From Candidatus Sericytochromatia bacterium (GTDB lineage: Bacteria > Cyanobacteriota > Sericytochromatia > S15B-MN24 > UBA4093): a stretch of DNA of 64,000 nt. Location of the stretch: NCBI GenBank assembly GCA_036676985.1, contig JAKFBU010000028.1, positions 1 through 64,000 on the forward strand. Direction: 5' to 3'. Below are positions 59,473 through 64,000 of the stretch, piece by piece (the stretch's first letter is position 1; the number at the start of each line of letters is the position of its first letter). The notes below the pieces were generated by a model that was given only the letters and a program-made list of their open reading frames with translations, was not told the origin of the DNA and ran no database searches. A program made the translations under genes and the position numbers.

Positions 59473-60918
59473 CTACTCCACCATCGCCGGGACCATGATC
59501 GAGTCGGTCATGCCGTGAATGGCCTTCTTGTCGGCCGGGCAGACCGTGACCAGGACGCCCGAGAGCTGGGCCTGGTCGCCCTCGACGTAGTAGTAGGGGC
59601 AGAGCCGCGCGCGGCCGTCGAACGTCCGCACCTCGCCCCGGTGGAAGTCGTAGTAACGGCTCTGCACCTTGGCGGGCTTGTGGTACTCCTGCAGCAGGTA
59701 CGGCGTGTCGGGGAAGCTCGCGAGCGCCTTGTCGAGGCGCTCGGTCCACTCTTCGACGGGCAGGTCGCTGCCGAAGGAGATGCCGCGGCTGCCCCAGGCG
59801 AGCTCCGAGAAGCCGGAGGGCTTGAGGACGTAGTCCCGCTGCTTCTTGGTGGTCTGGACCAGCTGCCGGAAGTCGTTCACGGGCTTGCCGTCGATGGTGA
59901 GCCCCGGGATCACCCCGTGCGGGGGCATGGGACGCGGATCGACGATCCAGGTGCGGGGCAGGAGCCGCTCCAGGGCGTAGAAGCCCTCCTGGCCCAGCTC
60001 CTGGGTCCAGTAGTCCCGGAGCATGGGGTGGTGGAAGAGGCCGAAGAGCATCTTCTCCTCGAGGAAGGTCTTGAAGGGCGGCGTCACCACGACCTGCTGC
60101 TTCTTGGCGGCGTACATCAAGAGCTCGGTCTTGGGCACGTTCTTGAGGTCGAAGAGCTCGAAGAAGCGGTAGACGACGTCGATCTTGGTGCCGTCGTGGT
60201 AGAAGGCGTCGTCCGCGTAGCGCAGCTCCTCGGGGCGGACCACCCGCGACTTGAGGAGGCCCTTGGCGTTGAGCGCCTGGCTGACGTAGACCATCTCGAA
60301 CCAGTAGTCGCTCGACTCCTGGGAGATGACGATGGCGACCTCGGGGTCGGCCACCTCCGGCGCCTGGGCGCGGATCATGCCGGCGAAGCCCCGCAGCAGG
60401 CCGTCCTGGCCGCCGATCACGTCGAAGCCCAGGTGCGTGTACTGGTCGGAGAGGCTCGCGACGAAGCCCTGGCCGCCCGGGATGGAGTCGAGCTCGCAGG
60501 CGATCGCCCGCCCGTCCTCGGTGAAGATGAGGTCGGGCCGGATCACCGCCGGCATGAGCCGCTTCTGGCGGTTCATGCGCTGGAAGTCGACGAGGGCCTG
60601 CGGCTTGCCCTGGTCCAGGTACTCGGCGACCCACGGCGCGCGGCTGCCCTTGGCGCTCTCGTAGTAGAGCTTGTTGGCGGCCTGATAGAAGCGCAAGAGG
60701 TGGTTGCCCAGGCTCTTGAGGTAGAGGTAGGTGCCCTTGGAGATGCAGAAGGGCTCGGGCGAGATGCGCCAGGGAATGTTGCTCGCCGGGTGCGGCGGGT
60801 TGGCGTCGCTCTTGAAGATGGGATCCCCCGCCGCACGGCGGTTGAGCTCAAGGCAGGCCTCGACGGGGTCGGTCGGGGCGGGCTTCAAGGCGCAGTTCCC
60901 TACGATGCTCTGGCTCAT
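59473..60918 (-). CDS. Circularly permuted ATP-grasp / glutathionylspermidine-synthase-like ligase
   Basis: IRPDL, CELD, VVYRFFE, EEK, YVLKPSG, WGSRG, LLQEY. Confidence 0.65.
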   Translation of the reverse strand: MSQSIVGNCALKPAPTDPVEACLELNRRAAGDPIFKSDANPPHPASNIPWRISPEPFCISKGTYLYLKSLGNHLLRFYQAANKLYYESAKGSRAPWVAEYLDQGKPQALVDFQRMNRQKRLMPAVIRPDLIFTEDGRAIACELDSIPGGQGFVASLSDQYTHLGFDVIGGQDGLLRGFAGMIRAQAPEVADPEVAIVISQESSDYWFEMVYVSQALNAKGLLKSRVVRPEELRYADDAFYHDGTKIDVVYRFFELFDLKNVPKTELLMYAAKKQQVVVTPPFKTFLEEKMLFGLFHHPMLRDYWTQELGQEGFYALERLLPRTWIVDPRPMPPHGVIPGLTIDGKPVNDFRQLVQTTKKQRDYVLKPSGFSELAWGSRGISFGSDLPVEEWTERLDKALASFPDTPYLLQEYHKPAKVQSRYYDFHRGEVRTFDGRARLCPYYYVEGDQAQLSGVLVTVCPADKKAIHGMTDSIMVPAMVE

Positions 60919-60924
60919 GCCGAC

Positions 60925-61236
60925 CTACTGTCCGGCGCCGGTGGCGCGGGCGATGGCCCACGCCCCCAGGGCGACGACCAGGACCAGGATCAGGATGATG
61001 CCGAACCAGGAGTCCTTGCCCTCGGACGCCTCGTCGCCGAAGTCGTTGCCCTCGATGCCGACCGTGTCGATATCGGAGGCCTTGAAGCCTTCCTGGGCGC
61101 TCGGCGGCGGAATCGTCACGCCGGTGTACTGCGGGGCCTGAAGGTAGTTGGCCTTGGCCTCCGTGACCATCACCGCGCCGCAGTGCTTGCAGAATTTGGC
61201 GTTCTCTTTGAAGCCGCAAGTCGGACAGATCATCAT
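60925..61236 (-). CDS. Zinc-ribbon membrane protein
   Basis: CPTCG....AKFCKHCG; C-terminal TM. Confidence 0.75.
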   Translation of the reverse strand: MMICPTCGFKENAKFCKHCGAVMVTEAKANYLQAPQYTGVTIPPPSAQEGFKASDIDTVGIEGNDFGDEASEGKDSWFGIILILVLVVALGAWAIARATGAGQ

Positions 61237-61330
61237 CGCTTCGAAATCCTCAAGGCATGCCGGGAAGTAACCCATTATCGACGATCTGGCCGTGTCTGGC
61301 TAGAGGGCGCGCCGTGAGGGGCTGGAAGCC

Positions 61331-61786
61331 TCAGAGGATGACGACGTTGGGCGGCAGGAGTACCGAAGAAGCAGGCCAGACTGCCCGGCAGCCGTGGGTG
61401 TCCACCACGAACCGCGCGATGCTCTGATAAGTGCCGCCGCCCGAGTCGGAGACCGTGACGTAGACCCGGTACTCGCCCCACAGGGAGGGCGGCTGGTAGG
61501 CCGTGTAGCTCTGGGCGATAGAGCCGCTCGCGAGCGGGACGCTCTCGCTGGCCACCGAGAGGAGGCCGCCGTTGGTCTGCCACTGGAAGTTGAGGGTCCC
61601 TTGCCCGCTCGCGGTGGCGAGCAGCTCGAAGGGGCCGTTCGGCGTCTGGGGCCGGGGGAAGACCTCGAGCCGCGTGACGATGGGGTTCTGCTCGCGCGGC
61701 GGCCCCACCTGGAGACCCCAGTCGGGCGCGCAGCCCGCCCCCAGGCTCAGTGCGATCGCCATCCCCCCCACCACGCGTCGACGCAT
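61331..61786 (-). CDS. Lipoprotein with Ig/PKD-like domain
   Basis: GAGC lipobox; LNFQW, VTVSDSGG. Confidence 0.7.
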   Translation of the reverse strand: MRRRVVGGMAIALSLGAGCAPDWGLQVGPPREQNPIVTRLEVFPRPQTPNGPFELLATASGQGTLNFQWQTNGGLLSVASESVPLASGSIAQSYTAYQPPSLWGEYRVYVTVSDSGGGTYQSIARFVVDTHGCRAVWPASSVLLPPNVVIL

Positions 61787-61931
61787 GCCGTTCCCTCCTG
61801 GCAACCAAGGCTTTCCCAGGGAGCACCAGGCTCACCGTAGCGCCGGAGGCGGCGGGGGGGCTAGGGCAAGTTGGCCGAAAACGGCCGCCGCCCCGGAACA
61901 ACCGTTCCGGGGCGGCGAGGTCGAAAAGGGG

Positions 61932-62414
61932 CTAGTACATGGACATCATGTCGCGGCCGCGGGCCATGTTCTGGTCCTGGCCGAGGGGGTTCTGGAACGC
62001 CTGTTGCTGCTGGGACTGCTGGCTGAAGCCCGAGGCCTCCATGCCGGCCGCCTGGGCGATGGTCTCGATCTGCTTCTTGAGGTCGTCGAGCTTCTTGGCG
62101 ATCTCCAGGGCCGCGGCCCCCGAGGTACCGCCCTGCCCACCGCCGCCCGCGGCCCCGATGCCCTGGCCGGCGTCCGACGGCGCGATGTCGGCCGTCTGCT
62201 GCAGCTGGGCGAGCTGCGCCTGGAGGGCGCGCAGGGCCTCGGGGTTGGCGCCGTTCGCGATCGCGTTCTTGACCAGCTCCTCGAGCTGCCGGACCTTCTG
62301 CTCGAGGTCGGCGCCGGCCTCCTGCATGCGCTGGAGGTCGGGCCCGCCCTGCTTGGCCTGCAGGCCCTGGAGCCGTTGCAGCCCGCCGCCGCCGGAAATG
62401 CCTTCGATGCCCAT
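61932..62414 (-). CDS. Gln/Gly-rich coiled-coil hypothetical protein
   Basis: AAGGAGG RBS; two heptad segments. Confidence 0.7.
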   Translation of the reverse strand: MGIEGISGGGGLQRLQGLQAKQGGPDLQRMQEAGADLEQKVRQLEELVKNAIANGANPEALRALQAQLAQLQQTADIAPSDAGQGIGAAGGGGQGGTSGAAALEIAKKLDDLKKQIETIAQAAGMEASGFSQQSQQQQAFQNPLGQDQNMARGRDMMSMY

Positions 62415-62535
62415 GGGTCCTCCTTCGCAAGCGTACGAGGATGTTATCCCGCCCGCCGGGCGCCGGGTTGCCGCCTGGTCGATAAGTGTTCGTTGGAGGC
62501 ATGTTAAATCTTCGTTCGGCTGCTAGGATGAAGGC

Positions 62536-63186
62536 ATGATCCTCGTGCGAACGCTACAAGTCGGCATGCCCCGCACCTTCGGAGATCCGGACGCCCGGGA
62601 CCCGGAGGACCGCCCGTGGACGAGCGGCATCGTCAAGGATCCGGTCGAGGGCCCCGTCTGGCTGCATGCCACCCACTTCGAGGGGGACGGCCAGGCCGAC
62701 CTCAAGCACCACGGCGGCCCCGAGATGGCCGTGCTCGCCTACTGCGCCGAGCATTACCCCGCGTGGCACGCGGAGCTCGACCCGTTGCGGCTGCCCTTCG
62801 GGGCCTTCGGAGAGAACCTCACGGTCACGGGCCTCAGCGAGGAGACCGTGAGCATCGGGGACACGTTCGAACTGGGAGGGGCCATCGTCCAGGTCTCCCA
62901 GCCCCGCTCGCCGTGCTGGAAGCTCGCGCGTCGCTGGAACGTGCCGGACCTGGTCGCCCGCGTCCAGCGGACCGGCCGGTCGGGCTGGTACCTGCGCGTG
63001 CTGAAGGAGGGGCTCGTGGCCCCGGGTCAGGAGATGGTGCTCGTGGAGCGGCCGTTTCCGCGCTTCACCGTCGCCCTCGTCACCCGGGCGGCGGTCTCGC
63101 CGCAGGACTTCGCGGAGGCGTCGGAGCTTGCGGCCTGCCCGCTCCTGTCGGAGACGTGGCGACGCCGGGTCGGCCGGGCTACCTGA
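62536..63186 (+). CDS. MOSC domain protein (YiiM-like)
   Basis: GDGQADLKHHGG, FGENL, QPRSPCWKL, GWYLRVL. Confidence 0.92.
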   Translation: MILVRTLQVGMPRTFGDPDARDPEDRPWTSGIVKDPVEGPVWLHATHFEGDGQADLKHHGGPEMAVLAYCAEHYPAWHAELDPLRLPFGAFGENLTVTGLSEETVSIGDTFELGGAIVQVSQPRSPCWKLARRWNVPDLVARVQRTGRSGWYLRVLKEGLVAPGQEMVLVERPFPRFTVALVTRAAVSPQDFAEASELAACPLLSETWRRRVGRAT

Positions 63187-63285
63187 GGTCCGGATTCAGG
63201 AGCTAGAAGGCGCCAACCGAAGGACTTTCGGACGGACGCGAAACAGGGCGCGGTTTGTCCGCGCCCTGCTTTTCCTAGGCCAACG

Positions 63286-63882
63286 TTACCACCAGAAGCG
63301 GCCGAAGCGGGCGTGGTACGGATAGTAGTAGGAGCCGTAGTTGAGGTAGTACGGATAGCTGTAGTAGGGGGCGGCGTAGGCGTAGACCGGGTAGTAGTAG
63401 CCGGCCGACTGATAGTAGGGATAGTACAGCGTGCCGATGTTGATGTAACGGAACGGATAGGCATAGCCATAGGCCAACGCGCCGTAGCCGAGGCCGCCGT
63501 AACCATAGGCACCGTAGCCGAGGCCGCCGTAGCCGAAGCCGCCATAGGCGGAGCCGCAGACGTCACACGGGTTAGCGTCGTAGCCACCGTAGCCACCGTA
63601 GTCCTTGCCGCCTTGGACCGCACGGCTGGACTGGTTACCCGTGAGCGACGCCTTGAGCCTGTTGGCCGGCAGGTCGACCAAGATGCGATCGCCTTCCGCC
63701 TTGGTCAGCATCTTGGGAAGCCTCGCCTGGAGCTGCTCCATGGTCGTCGAGCCGTCGGCCAGGACGGACCGACTGGTCATGACGGGATCCATCGAGACCG
63801 GCTCGTTCGCGGTGGGGGCGGCGGTGGAACAGCCGGCTGCCATGATCGAGATCGCGGTCACGAGGAACGTCGAGCGCTTCAT
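63286..63882 (-). CDS. Lipoprotein with Tyr/Gly-rich C-terminus
   Basis: AAGGAGG RBS; AAGC lipobox; GYGG and YYPYY repeats. Confidence 0.75.
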   Translation of the reverse strand: MKRSTFLVTAISIMAAGCSTAAPTANEPVSMDPVMTSRSVLADGSTTMEQLQARLPKMLTKAEGDRILVDLPANRLKASLTGNQSSRAVQGGKDYGGYGGYDANPCDVCGSAYGGFGYGGLGYGAYGYGGLGYGALAYGYAYPFRYINIGTLYYPYYQSAGYYYPVYAYAAPYYSYPYYLNYGSYYYPYHARFGRFWW

Positions 63883-64000
63883 TACTTAACCTCCTTTGCC
63901 CGCAGGCGTTCCGTGCCTTCCCTGAGGCTTTGACCTGCGAGCGACTTTATGAAACGAGGTCAAGTCTAGTAAGAGCAGGGGCTGACTACAACAGATGGTT

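Noticed and set aside
63883-64000. c-di-GMP riboswitch upstream of the Tyr-rich lipoprotein
   Set aside because: Only a CAAAGCCTC resemblance; the GCAAA/GNRA P2 architecture is not evident and the region is cut by the window edge.

Overview
High-GC bacterial chromosomal window (roughly two-thirds G+C by eye). The many orphan lipoproteins, NHL-repeat proteins and an SNNTGSL repeat suggest a non-photosynthetic cyanobacterial relative such as Ca. Sericytochromatia; this is inference only. Bases 1-24,000 are an accessory mosaic: an LRAT-like gene, two coupled PD-(D/E)XK nucleases, lipoproteins, an NHLP-type bacteriocin exporter with no visible precursor, a decayed IS1182-like element with a covarying structured tandem repeat, and an AT-rich island at about 19.0-24.0 kb. 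The island is the main finding. It is a tightly coupled minus-strand operon encoding an HARE-HTH/NUDIX/nucleotide-kinase fusion, a SAM methyltransferase, a SIR2 protein and a motif-altered HAM1/ITPase, followed by a membrane HEPN-like gene. It resembles the Kongming HAM1+SIR2 anti-phage module, but a methyltransferase and an own kinase/NUDIX replace the deaminase, making it a candidate methylated-nucleotide signalling defence system. Bases 24,000-64,000 hold signalling and housekeeping genes (MltA, kinase-STAND-GGDEF, subtilase, RpoD-family sigma factor, NadE, PepA, HD-GYP, nitrilase family, MOSC), several unusual fusions, and six sigma28-like promoter motifs, five of them upstream of signal-peptide-less proteins. 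No rRNA, tRNA or CRISPR array was seen. All family calls come from motif recognition by eye, without database searches.
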